Assembly (NCBI GenBank): GCA_965222115.1
Contig: CBDCTJ010000007.1
Span: 960,001 to 1,024,000, forward strand
Direction: 5' to 3'
Length of the DNA stretch: 64,000 bases
From: Planctomycetota bacterium
GTDB lineage: Bacteria; Planctomycetota; PLA2; JAEUHO01
Part shown: positions 43,713-53,085 of the stretch, in pieces
Layout: the number at the start of each line of letters is the position of its first letter
How positions within the stretch are numbered: the first letter of the stretch is position 1
The notes under the pieces: generated by a model
Told to the model about the DNA's origin: nothing
Databases searched by the model: none
What the model saw: the letters and a program-made list of their open reading frames with translations, nothing else
Translations under genes and position numbers: made by a program

Positions 43713-45636
43713 GTGCGTCAGGATAAGCCGATGGAGATCAGAGAATGAAAGAGTCTTACGGCGAAGAGCTAGCCACTCACGCCGGCCTCGTGTCTTGCGT
43801 GGGCGCTCGTAAGGGCGCGCTGCGAAGCGTAGACAGAGGGGAGGTAGGCCCGGTATTGAGCCGCGAAACCACGATGAAATTCCAGGAGGCCGACACGATC
43901 ACCAACGTGAGAAGGCAACACGGCTGGGTGCGTCCTTGGCGAGCGTCCAGTTGCTCCTGCGCGGTCTTAGATCCGGTGCATGCCCCAATAGATTTCCATA
44001 CGGAACCTGAGAGAGCCTACGTTTGGCCCGCCTTTGGCAACGGGTCCGCGTCGGGAACCTCGATGAGGTCACGCCGACGATGAACGAACGCAGGCAGTCG
44101 GACAAACCCGTAGTACCGAAGAAGCGACCGAACAAGGGTCGGGATGCGTCCCGGTCTGCGGAGGACGTGAAGGGAAGGGGTTTGGCCAAGGGGAACTCGA
44201 TCCGACGAAGCAGAACCCGTGCGCAGATACGGAATGTTCTGAACCAGAAGATGGATCGGGTACGGCAAGTTGCTGTGGAACGAAAAGATGAGAAGTTCAC
44301 TACGCTCTGGCATCACGTGTACTCCGTGGATCGGCTTCGAGAGGCGTACTTCAGCCTCAAGCGCAAAGGCGCAGCCGGCGTTGATGGGGTTACGTGGGAG
44401 GCCTACGGCAAGAACCTTGAGAATAATCTCGTGGACTTGTCCGATCGCCTCAAGCGCGGCGCGTACCGAGCGCCTCCGGTGCGACGTGTGTACATCCCGA
44501 AAGCCGATGGACGGCAGCGTCCACTCGGTGTGCCTGCGATTGAGGACCGCGTGGTCCAACGCGCAGCTTCGGAGGTGATTGGCACGGTGTACGAGGAGGA
44601 ATTTCTCGGGTTCAGCTACGGCTTCCGCCCCGGGCGCAGCCAGCACAACGCGCTGGACGCCCTATGCGTGGGAATCGAGCGCAAGAAGGTGAACTGGGTG
44701 CTTGATGCAGACATTCGTGGGTTTTTCGATGCCATCGACCATGAGTGGCTAATGAAGTTCATCTCGCACCGGATTGCGGACAAACGTGTGCATCGCTTTA
44801 TCAAGAAGTGGTTGCACGCGGGCGTTATGGAAGATGGCGTGCGCAGGCCGACGAAGGTCGGCACCCCGCAAGGGGGCGGCATTAGTCCGCTGCTTGCCAA
44901 CGTGTACCTGCACTACGCCTTTGATCTGTGGGCCCACCAGTGGCGGCGGCGCCATGCGCGCGATGACATCATCATCGTGCGCTACGCTGACGACTTTGTG
45001 GTGGGATTCAAGTACAAGAACGAGGCTGAGCGATTCCTACGGGAACTCCGCGAACGCCTCAACACGTTCAAGCTGGAACTGCATCCCGACAAGACGCGTC
45101 TGATTGAGTTTGGCCGCTTTGCAGCGGTAAACCGAGCGGAACGCGGTGAAGGGAAGCCGCCCACATTCAAGTTTCTGGGCTTTACGCACATATGCGCAAC
45201 TACCCGGAAAGGCCGTTTCAAGGTTGTACGCAGAACGCGTGCGGATCGACTGGTAGCCACGCTACGAGCCATCCGTGATGCGCTCCGAAAACGACTCCAC
45301 TGGAAACCCGTACGTGTGGCTAAATGGCTCGCGTCTGTTATGCGGGGCTGGCTGAACTATCATGCCATCCCCGATAACGGCACAGCGCTCCAGCTCTTTC
45401 GGAGGCGGCTCCTGCGCATCTGGCGCAACCACCTACGGCGGCGTAGCCAACGCTCACGGTGTTCCTGGTGTCGCATGTATGCCTTGGAAAAACGCTACTT
45501 CCCAAGCCTTCGCATCCGTCACAAACGTCCCTACATGAACTTGCGCGTCATTACCTAAGGCAGGAGCCCGGTGCGGGAAATCCGCACGCCGGGATCTGTG
45601 CGGGGGGCTCCGGGAAACCGGAGTCCCTACCGCGAC
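43713..45636 (+). mobile_element. Group II intron (IIB-type, resembling bacterial class E)
   Basis: 5' end GTGCG at 43713. Domain V GAGCCCGGTGCGGGAAATCCGCACGCCGGGATC (45564-45596). Domain VI GGGGGGCTCCGGGAAACCGGAGTCCCTACCGCGAC ends in AC at 45636. Internal RT ORF. Confidence 0.93.
44080..45558 (+). CDS. ltrA: Group II intron reverse transcriptase/maturase (no En domain)
   Basis: AAGVDG, RRVYIPKADG.QRPLG, FSYGFRPGRS, DADIRGFFD, GTPQGG.ISPLLAN.YL, RYADD, FLGF and X domain. Start uncertain. Confidence 0.96.
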   Translation: MNERRQSDKPVVPKKRPNKGRDASRSAEDVKGRGLAKGNSIRRSRTRAQIRNVLNQKMDRVRQVAVERKDEKFTTLWHHVYSVDRLREAYFSLKRKGAAGVDGVTWEAYGKNLENNLVDLSDRLKRGAYRAPPVRRVYIPKADGRQRPLGVPAIEDRVVQRAASEVIGTVYEEEFLGFSYGFRPGRSQHNALDALCVGIERKKVNWVLDADIRGFFDAIDHEWLMKFISHRIADKRVHRFIKKWLHAGVMEDGVRRPTKVGTPQGGGISPLLANVYLHYAFDLWAHQWRRRHARDDIIIVRYADDFVVGFKYKNEAERFLRELRERLNTFKLELHPDKTRLIEFGRFAAVNRAERGEGKPPTFKFLGFTHICATTRKGRFKVVRRTRADRLVATLRAIRDALRKRLHWKPVRVAKWLASVMRGWLNYHAIPDNGTALQLFRRRLLRIWRNHLRRRSQRSRCSWCRMYALEKRYFPSLRIRHKRPYMNLRVIT

Positions 45637-45701
45637 AGAGTCCTCTTCTTCAACAGCGTTCCTATACGGCGCGCGTTCGCTCCCGCCAATCGGCGCTCCC
45701 C

Positions 45702-45840
45702 CACGCTTGCGCTTCGTTTCTTAGTTTCTTCGTGTGATCCATCTTGAAACGAGCTGCTTACACACACCACCACTCTCCCCGAACCGCTTCCATCAACGCT
45801 TGCGCCCTGCGCCTCCGCGCTCGTTGCGCCCCTGCGTGAG
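45702..45840 (+). repeat. Degenerate direct repeats (family 2, copies B and C), homologous to the intron insertion site
   Basis: CACGCTTGCGCTTCGTTTCTTAGTTTCTTCGTGTGA and AACGCTTGCGCCCTGCG...CCCTGCGTGAG align with the rejoined exon sequence CACGGCTGCGCTTGGTGTCCTTCGTGCCCTTTGTG|AGAG. Confidence 0.55.
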
Positions 45841-45918
45841 GTGAGGTCCGTCCGACGAGCACCTAATTGACCACACTCCACGAAACGTGTGATTCTTGTC
45901 CCGATACCGTATGGCGCG

Positions 45919-47265
45919 TTACGGAAACAACCCCCGCTCCGCGTACGCATCGGCGACGCGCTTGACAGCTACGGCCATAGCGGCGTCGCGCGGAGTGGCG
46001 CCGTACTTCTTGCGAGCCGCGGAGACGCGATCGTAGGCGTCGGTAATGCGACGCTTGAGCTTATGGCGCACTTCGTCGATATACCACGTCTCGCCGCGAC
46101 GGTTTTGTGTCCACTCGAAGAACGAGACGATCACACCACCCGAGTTGCAGAGGATGTCGGGAATGATGTCGATGCCCTTGTCGAGCAAGGTGGCCTCGGC
46201 CGATGAGGTGAGCGGGCCATTGGCCGCTTCGGCGATGAGTTTGCAGTCGAGGTCGTCGGCGTTTTCGTCGGTGACTTGCCACTCAAGTGCGCCGGGAATG
46301 ATGATGTCGGCTTTCACGCGCCAGAAGTCGGCTTTGTCGATGGCCTCGGCGTTTTCAAATCCCGCGACGCCGCCCGTCTTCTCCACGTGTTCGGCCAACG
46401 CGAACGCATCGATGCCGCTTGAGGCATAAACGCTTCCGGTGTGATCTTGTGCCGCAAGCATTTTGGATCCATGCTCGCGTTCAAGTATGCGCGCCGCCCA
46501 TGACCCCACGTTGCCGTAGCCCTGTACGGTGAACGTGGCTTCAGAGAGGTCCATGTCGTTTTCCATGGCCCACGCCGCAATGTTGTAGACCGTGCCGCGA
46601 CCGGTGGCTTCTTCGCGACCCAATGATCCGCCGGCGGCAATCGATTTGCCGGTTACTACGTGACGTTGCACGTTCTTGTGGGCGTAACCAATGCTGTTGA
46701 TGTAGGTGTCCATCATCCAGACCATGGTTTGCGCGTCGGTGCCCATGTCGGGCGCGGGAATGTCATAGTCCGGGCCGATGTTATTGCCGAGCGCGTGACA
46801 GAAGCGGCGTGTGAGACGCTCCAATTCGTTGCGCGTGAGTTTGGTCGGATCAATCTGCACACCACCCTTGGCACCGCCAAAGGGAAGATCGACCAGCGAA
46901 CACTTCCAGGTCATCCACGCGGCGAGCGCTTTCACTTCATCGAGATGGACGTGGGGACTAAAGCGCAAACCGCCCTTGTAGCAACCGAGCATATTGTTGT
47001 GCTGAATGCGATAGCCTTTGCACAGCAGCACCTGCCCGGTCTTGTCGCGGCGCAGCGGGAAATTGACGATGAGTTCGTTTTGCGGCTGGCTGAGGATGCC
47101 GCGCGTGCCCGCGTCGAGGTCGATGATGTCGGCCGCGCGGTTGAATTGCGCCACCGCCATTTGGTAGAGATTATCAAACTCATCGACTTTGATGCGTTTG
47201 GGGTTCTTGGTCGCGGGGCGGACGCTGTCATCGTGGGACGCGGAGTTCACGTGGGTGGAGGTCAC
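45919..47265 (-). CDS. gdhA: Glutamate dehydrogenase (Glu/Leu/Phe/Val DH family)
   Basis: KGGLRF, MTWKC, PFGGAKGG, DIPAPDMGT, GREEATGRG, QGYGNVG, EAANGP. Confidence 0.95.
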   Translation of the reverse strand: MTSTHVNSASHDDSVRPATKNPKRIKVDEFDNLYQMAVAQFNRAADIIDLDAGTRGILSQPQNELIVNFPLRRDKTGQVLLCKGYRIQHNNMLGCYKGGLRFSPHVHLDEVKALAAWMTWKCSLVDLPFGGAKGGVQIDPTKLTRNELERLTRRFCHALGNNIGPDYDIPAPDMGTDAQTMVWMMDTYINSIGYAHKNVQRHVVTGKSIAAGGSLGREEATGRGTVYNIAAWAMENDMDLSEATFTVQGYGNVGSWAARILEREHGSKMLAAQDHTGSVYASSGIDAFALAEHVEKTGGVAGFENAEAIDKADFWRVKADIIIPGALEWQVTDENADDLDCKLIAEAANGPLTSSAEATLLDKGIDIIPDILCNSGGVIVSFFEWTQNRRGETWYIDEVRHKLKRRITDAYDRVSAARKKYGATPRDAAMAVAVKRVADAYAERGLFP

Positions 47266-47532
47266 GGCGGATTCCTAGGACCAAAGGGGGTCGAACCGGG
47301 GGCTGCCAATCACGGGCGAGGCGACTATCCCTTGATCGGTGCCCTTTGGCAAAGGCCTTTGTGGGCGGCGCCGATTTAGAATTCTGCGGGCAGACACCGT
47401 TCCGTCACGAAAGTGCAAGGGCAAAGCGTGGCTGCCAGCGAGACCCTTGCGACACTGGATCGGGTAGCGGTCGATTCGGGCGCCGCGAACGCGCCCCTCG
47501 CCCGGATGTCGGTGAAGCGCGTGGAGGCACGA

Positions 47533-47853
47533 TTGACCAAATTGTTGATTCAAGACGCGGGGCTTACGCACATCGTAGATCTTCGGCCCAAGGAGACGCT
47601 CGTCGTTGGACGTTCGTTTGATTGTGGGTTTCAAGTCCGCAGCGAGGGCGCGTCGCGGCGTCACGTGATTTTGCGACCTGATGGAGACGGGCACTCGGTG
47701 GAAGACGCGGGATCTACCAATGGCACGCTGCTCAATGCCGCCCCGCTCACGGGCTCGCGACCGATCAAGGCTGGCGACGTGGTGACCCTCGGTGCGTGCA
47801 CGATCCAGGTGTTCGACGATCCGCCTCGACTCGCCGCCGAGCAGGCCGGCTAA
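47533..47853 (+). CDS. Stand-alone FHA domain protein
   Basis: VGRS...ASRRH...DAGSTNGT FHA signature; TTG at 47533 follows GGAGG (alternative start 47506). Confidence 0.9.
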   Translation: MTKLLIQDAGLTHIVDLRPKETLVVGRSFDCGFQVRSEGASRRHVILRPDGDGHSVEDAGSTNGTLLNAAPLTGSRPIKAGDVVTLGACTIQVFDDPPRLAAEQAG

Positions 47854-47868
47854 GGGCCAAGGACAACC

Positions 47869-49107
47869 GTGCCGCTTTCGTTTCGCCGCGAAGACGCGCT
47901 GCGCTCACGGGCGTTGGTAGCCGCAATGCCGTACACAATCGGTGCGAGTGTTGACTGTGACTTGTGCATTCCGCGTTTGATCTCACCTCCCACGGCTTCC
48001 GACGAATCGGCCTATGCCAAGCTAAGTTCGAAACGAGGTGAGTTCGTACTCTCAGCGGTGGGCGACCACGCGCTACTCGTCAACGGCGAGCGCATCCCGT
48101 TTATTCCCTTGCGAGACGGCGACACACTCACCGTCGAGCTTATCGATGCCAACTCGCCACGTGAGGGCACGGTGCCTACGCCGTTTCGATTTCATAACTT
48201 TATGCCCGGCGCATTCGTGCAGCCGGGAGTGTCGCTGGCCTCGGCGTGGTGCGCGCATGAAGGTTCGCAGGACGACCGATTTGGTCCCATGCGGTATCTC
48301 AAGGAAAGCGCGTTAAATGCTACCACGATCGCGTCAGGCACAACCCTGGCGAACGACCAACTGATCAAAGTGAGTCGCCCGTATCGCGACATGGACCACG
48401 CGCAGGCTCAATTGGCGCTGCTTGCAGCCATCAGCGGTAGCGAGCATCCTGGCTTGGTGCCGTTCATTGATGGCGGACTGTTTCGGCAAGAGGATCGCGT
48501 CCATAGTTTCCTTGTTACGAAGTATGTCGCGGGTCAAACGGCCGGTGAATTGATGCAGCGTGCCGCAAGTGCTACTCACGGTGAGCGGGCGCGAATGCTC
48601 TATGGCGTGGTGGGCGCCGCGAAGGGTCTGCGCCATCTCCATCGACGCGGCATCCTTCATCGCGACGTGTCGCCTGGCAATGTCATTGTGCGCAGCGATG
48701 GAGAAGGTTTCTTGATCGATTACGATCAGGCCGTCCTCATGCGCCAGGTGTCCTCATCCAGCGACGCGATTGTGGGGACCCCCGGGTTTATTGCGCCGGA
48801 AGTCGTCACCGAAGGCTCTGCGGCCATCAGCGCCGAGAGTGATATCTATGCGCTTGTTGCGGTGATCTATGCGATGTGTACGGGTTCCGCGCCGGTGGAC
48901 GGCGAGAATCCATTGGCAGCGGTATCTCGAAGCGTGAGACCACCGCCCCGTCCGAGTGAACTTGGGGTACGACTTACCACAACGTTGGAAGATCTATTGA
49001 TGGCGGGCCTCTCGGCGAAACCGAACGATCGTCCACATGCGCGCGACGTCATTGACACGTTGGAACGCGCGGTTCGTCGTCTATTGATCGAATCAGAGCG
49101 GTCATGA
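47869..49107 (+). CDS. Atypical Ser/Thr protein kinase with N-terminal FHA-like domain
   Basis: YTIGAS...LLVNGE...LRDGDTL (FHA-like); HRDVSPGN, IDYD in place of DFG, GTPGFIAPE, SDIYAL. Confidence 0.85.
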   Translation: MPLSFRREDALRSRALVAAMPYTIGASVDCDLCIPRLISPPTASDESAYAKLSSKRGEFVLSAVGDHALLVNGERIPFIPLRDGDTLTVELIDANSPREGTVPTPFRFHNFMPGAFVQPGVSLASAWCAHEGSQDDRFGPMRYLKESALNATTIASGTTLANDQLIKVSRPYRDMDHAQAQLALLAAISGSEHPGLVPFIDGGLFRQEDRVHSFLVTKYVAGQTAGELMQRAASATHGERARMLYGVVGAAKGLRHLHRRGILHRDVSPGNVIVRSDGEGFLIDYDQAVLMRQVSSSSDAIVGTPGFIAPEVVTEGSAAISAESDIYALVAVIYAMCTGSAPVDGENPLAAVSRSVRPPPRPSELGVRLTTTLEDLLMAGLSAKPNDRPHARDVIDTLERAVRRLLIESERS

Positions 49108-50309
49108 CGAGACAGCCGCGTCGTCGAGCATCCTCGGGTCAGGGTCGCGTGGTGTTGCGTGGAGGCCCTCCCGCACATCCGCTCGTGTTTTCTAAGCGCG
49201 TGGCGCATGTCGATCGGGATGTGACCAGTGGCGACGTTGCGCTCGTGTGTACGCGCGAAGGGGAACCCATTGGGCATGGTTTTTATCACGCCTCGTCTCA
49301 GATTGCGGTGCGCATGCTATCGCGCGACATGCGCGTGCGCCCCGACCCGGCGTGGCTGCGGGCGAAACTTCAGCGCGCTCACGAGCTGCGCACCGAACTT
49401 CTAAGTCTTCCCGCCGTCACCGACGCGTGGCGCGCTGTGCATGCGGAAGCTGATGGGCTGTCGGGGCTCGTTGTGGATCGATACGGCGACGTGGCGGTTG
49501 CATCGCTATTCAGTTTGGGTTGGTTTCGGCGATTCGATGACGTTGTGGCGGCTCTAAAAGAAGTGCTCGGCGTGAAGGATGTGTACATGCGCGTGGATCC
49601 GCGCACCGAGCAACACGAAGGCTTTCAAGCCGTCGATCAGCGTGCGCCAAAACCGTTTCTTGTTCGCGAACATGGCCTTTCGTTCATGGTGGATGTGCTC
49701 GGTGGGCACAAGACCGGCTACTTTCTCGACCAACGTGACAATCGCAGGCGCATTCATGATTTGGCGAAGGGTCGCCGTGTATTTGACGGCATGACCTATA
49801 CCGGCGGATTTGCACTTGCCGCCGCGCAAGGCGGTGCAGAGTCGGTAGAAGGGATGGACCTCGACGAGAAGGCGATTGCAGTTGCCAAGAAAAACGCCGA
49901 CGCAAACAAGTTGAAGGCCACCTTCGTACATGGCGACGTCTTTCATCGTCTGCGCGACTTTGCTGGGCGCCCAAACAACGAGCGCCCCGATTTGCTCATT
50001 GTGGACCCCGCCAAATGGGCCAAGAACCGCAACGCGCTCCCCGCGGCACGCAGTCGCTACTTTGATTTGAACCGGTTGGCGTTTCGTGCCGTGCGCACCG
50101 GTGGTCTGGTGTTTACGCACTCGTGCAGCGGACTCCTATCGGAAGAGGACTTCCTTCAGATCCTTCGCAACGCTTCCCTCGACGCCAACCGCAATGTGAA
50201 CATTCTCAGCATCTCCGGCGCCGCGCCCGACCACCCCGTCTCCTTGCGCACGCCCGAGACGCGCTATCTGAAATCGGTGTTGTGTGTTGTTGAACGATCG
50301 TCCGAATGA
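49104..50309 (+). CDS. rlmI: RlmI-type rRNA m5C methyltransferase (PUA plus class I SAM domain)
   Basis: HAEADGLSGLVVDRY, GHKTGYFLDQRDNR, YTGGF, VDP, SCS, DHP, YLK. Confidence 0.85.
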   Translation: MTRQPRRRASSGQGRVVLRGGPPAHPLVFSKRVAHVDRDVTSGDVALVCTREGEPIGHGFYHASSQIAVRMLSRDMRVRPDPAWLRAKLQRAHELRTELLSLPAVTDAWRAVHAEADGLSGLVVDRYGDVAVASLFSLGWFRRFDDVVAALKEVLGVKDVYMRVDPRTEQHEGFQAVDQRAPKPFLVREHGLSFMVDVLGGHKTGYFLDQRDNRRRIHDLAKGRRVFDGMTYTGGFALAAAQGGAESVEGMDLDEKAIAVAKKNADANKLKATFVHGDVFHRLRDFAGRPNNERPDLLIVDPAKWAKNRNALPAARSRYFDLNRLAFRAVRTGGLVFTHSCSGLLSEEDFLQILRNASLDANRNVNILSISGAAPDHPVSLRTPETRYLKSVLCVVERSSE

Positions 50310-50346
50310 TGATGCGACTTCCCGTTAGGCGCCGCGCGCGTTTGGT

Positions 50347-53076
50347 GTGTCATGGGGCCAGTGCAACAATGCGCACGTGACGACTTCACACCATCGACTG
50401 TTTGAGCCTGTCGTTTTGTTGGATGGCAGCAGTGCCCTGTGGCGGATTGCTACCCGCGACGATGGGCGCGATCTCGCGACATTTTTCGTAGTGCTTCAGG
50501 AAGAGGCAGGGGACACGCCGACCTGCTTTCCTCGCTGGATAAAGGAAGACGTCGACGCGGCATCGCGCGTGATAACTCACATCATCGCGAAAGGGGTGGC
50601 GGGGGAGCAGGAAGTGATCGCCGCAGGTGCCTGGCGTGTCGCGAGCGCAGATGAGGCGGAAATCACGCTCGCCGTGCACCCTGAGTTTCGCGGGCGAGGG
50701 CTTGCGCGCGTTTTGCTGCCGCGCTTGGCGCGAGACGCTGCATTCCAAGGAATTCGCCAGCTTGTCGCGGTGACGGATCGCAACAACGTTCCACTGATTC
50801 AGTTGCTGCGCGACAGCGGCTATGCCGTGGACGTGACTCTTGATGGGAATGGCGCTCCGGACGAAAGCGACGTGCGCATTGCGCTCGATGTGGCACCGGA
50901 CGACGAGGGCCGCGCCATGGCCGCGCTGCGCAAGCAAGTGGCGACTACCGCGTCGTTGCAGCCCCTCCTTCGCCCGTCGAGCGTTGCGGTCGTTGGCGCG
51001 TCTCGGGATCGGTCAAGCATCGGCTATCGCATCTTGGATGCGCTTGTGCACTGCGGGTTTCATGGGCCGGTGTATGCCGTGAACCCGAGTACGCCGGTGG
51101 TGGGATCGTTTCCAACGGTTCCCTCGCTGCGGGACCTGCCTCAGCCTGTCGACTTGGCAGTAGTCGTAGTGCCAGCGCGACACGTTTCGTCCGTGGTGAA
51201 GGACGCCGCCGCCTCAGGCGTGCGTGGACTCGTTGTGATCACCGCGGGCTTTGCCGAAGTGGGCCCTGATGGTCATAGGGCCCAGATGGAGCTTATGCAC
51301 TACGTGCGCGGACACGGGATGCGCATGATTGGCCCCAACTGCATGGGTCTGCTCAACACCGATCCCGCGATCTCAATGAATGCGTCGTTTTCGCCGGTGT
51401 TCCCGCCGCAGGGTTCGGTCGCGATGCTCTCGCAGAGTGGTGCGCTGGGTCTCGCCATTTTGACGTTCGCGTCCACGCTCGGTGTGGGGCTCTCATCGTT
51501 CGTGAGCATTGGCAATAAGGCCGACGTGTCGAGCAACGATTTGCTTGAGTATTGGGAAGCCGATCCAGCCACCGACGTCATTTTGCTCTACTTGGAATCG
51601 TTTGGAAATCCGCGACGCTTTGCACCCATTGCGCGCCGTGTGTCGCGTACGAAACCGATTGTGGCCGTGAAGGGCGGGCGTTCGGTGGCAGGTGAACGTG
51701 CGGCTGGGTCACACACCGCGGCGCTTGTGGGTGCCGACGTTGCGGTCGATGCACTCTTTCGGCAGGCGGGTGTGATTCGTGTGGACACGCTAGAAGAGAT
51801 GTTTCACGTTGGGTTGTTGCTTAGCAATCAGCCGTTGCCCCTTGGACGACGTGTCGGTGTTATCACCAACGCAGGCGGCCCGGCTATTTTGGCGGCGGAT
51901 GCGCTTGCGGCGTGGGGATTGGATGTTCCCGAGCTATCCGATGCGATGCAGTCCAAGTTGGCGGCGTTTCTTCCCCCCGAAGCCAGCACAAAGAACCCGG
52001 TGGACATGATTGCGTCGGCCACGCCCGATGCGTTTCGTCAGGCGGCGGCGTTGCTCTTGGCAACGGAAGAGATCGACGCGCTGATCGTGATCGACATTCC
52101 ACTCGACGCCTCGGGATGGGAAGCCATTGAACCGGAGCTGTTGCGCGGCATCGATGCCGGGCGTGCGGCCTCCCCGATCGCCAAGCCCGTGCTGGCCTAT
52201 GTCATGAGTGGCGGCGGATCTTCGCAGCCGCGACTCATTGCTGGCAACATTCCCGCGTTTCCCTTTCCGGAGTCGGCCGCCAAGGCGTTGGGCCATGCGG
52301 TGTCCTATGCAGAGTGGCGTCGTCGTCCCCTCAGTGCGCCGGATGAGACAACGTCGTTTGATGCCGCATCCATACGCGCATGGTGTCAGTCGTGGCTGGA
52401 ACGCTACGGCGACGGATGGCTACCGCTTGACGCGGCGTTTGCGCTGTTGGCGTTGGCCGGACTCCCCATTGCGACCGGCGCCCGTGCAACAACAGCGGAC
52501 GAAGCGGAGCAGGCCGCACGCTCCATGCCGTCGTGCGTTGCGATGAAAGCAATTTCACCTGGTGCCCTCCATAAGAGTGACGAGGGTGGCGTACAGCTAA
52601 GACTTGAGACAACAGAAGAGGTCCGGCGCGCGTTCACCGAAATGCAGCGGGCGTATCCAGATTTAGAATCCGTGTGGATTCAGCCCATGGTGGATGACGC
52701 GCTTGAAGTACTTGTGGGCATGACGGAAGACCACGTCTTTGGTCCGCTCATCGCGTTCGGATTGGGCGGCATCCACGTTGAGGCGCTCGGTGATGTCGCG
52801 TTTCGCATAACGCCGCTCGAAGTTACCGATGCCCAAGCCATGTTGAAGGACATTCGCGCGCACGCGCTGCTCGAAGGGCATCGCGGTCGTCCGCCTGTGG
52901 ATCGAGAAGCCTTGGTGACGGTGTTGCTCAGCGTGGCGCGTTTGGTAGAAGACGTGCCGGCGATTGCGGAGATGGATCTCAATCCGGTGATGGCCTTGCC
53001 TCAGGGCTGCATTGTCGTGGACGCCCGCATACGCCTAGCCACGCCACAGGTCGGCCGTTCCCCCGCGCGCTTGTAG
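50347..53076 (+). CDS. GNAT plus ADP-forming acyl-CoA synthetase domain fusion (Pat-type protein acetyltransferase / acetate-CoA ligase family)
   Basis: GNAT VHPEFRGRGLA; PSSVAVVGAS, IGPNCMG, SQSGAL, GNKAD, GSHT, TNAGGP, HKSDEGGV, FGP, MDLNP. Confidence 0.9.
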   Translation: MSWGQCNNAHVTTSHHRLFEPVVLLDGSSALWRIATRDDGRDLATFFVVLQEEAGDTPTCFPRWIKEDVDAASRVITHIIAKGVAGEQEVIAAGAWRVASADEAEITLAVHPEFRGRGLARVLLPRLARDAAFQGIRQLVAVTDRNNVPLIQLLRDSGYAVDVTLDGNGAPDESDVRIALDVAPDDEGRAMAALRKQVATTASLQPLLRPSSVAVVGASRDRSSIGYRILDALVHCGFHGPVYAVNPSTPVVGSFPTVPSLRDLPQPVDLAVVVVPARHVSSVVKDAAASGVRGLVVITAGFAEVGPDGHRAQMELMHYVRGHGMRMIGPNCMGLLNTDPAISMNASFSPVFPPQGSVAMLSQSGALGLAILTFASTLGVGLSSFVSIGNKADVSSNDLLEYWEADPATDVILLYLESFGNPRRFAPIARRVSRTKPIVAVKGGRSVAGERAAGSHTAALVGADVAVDALFRQAGVIRVDTLEEMFHVGLLLSNQPLPLGRRVGVITNAGGPAILAADALAAWGLDVPELSDAMQSKLAAFLPPEASTKNPVDMIASATPDAFRQAAALLLATEEIDALIVIDIPLDASGWEAIEPELLRGIDAGRAASPIAKPVLAYVMSGGGSSQPRLIAGNIPAFPFPESAAKALGHAVSYAEWRRRPLSAPDETTSFDAASIRAWCQSWLERYGDGWLPLDAAFALLALAGLPIATGARATTADEAEQAARSMPSCVAMKAISPGALHKSDEGGVQLRLETTEEVRRAFTEMQRAYPDLESVWIQPMVDDALEVLVGMTEDHVFGPLIAFGLGGIHVEALGDVAFRITPLEVTDAQAMLKDIRAHALLEGHRGRPPVDREALVTVLLSVARLVEDVPAIAEMDLNPVMALPQGCIVVDARIRLATPQVGRSPARL

Positions 53077-53085
53077 GCGCCCGTG

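Noticed and set aside
43678-45840. Interpretation of the family-2 repeats as a CRISPR array, or of the RT as DGR/retron/CRISPR-RT
   Set aside because: The repeats are too degenerate, there are no cas genes and no TR/VR pair was seen. The RT is flanked by canonical group II intron termini and domains V-VI.
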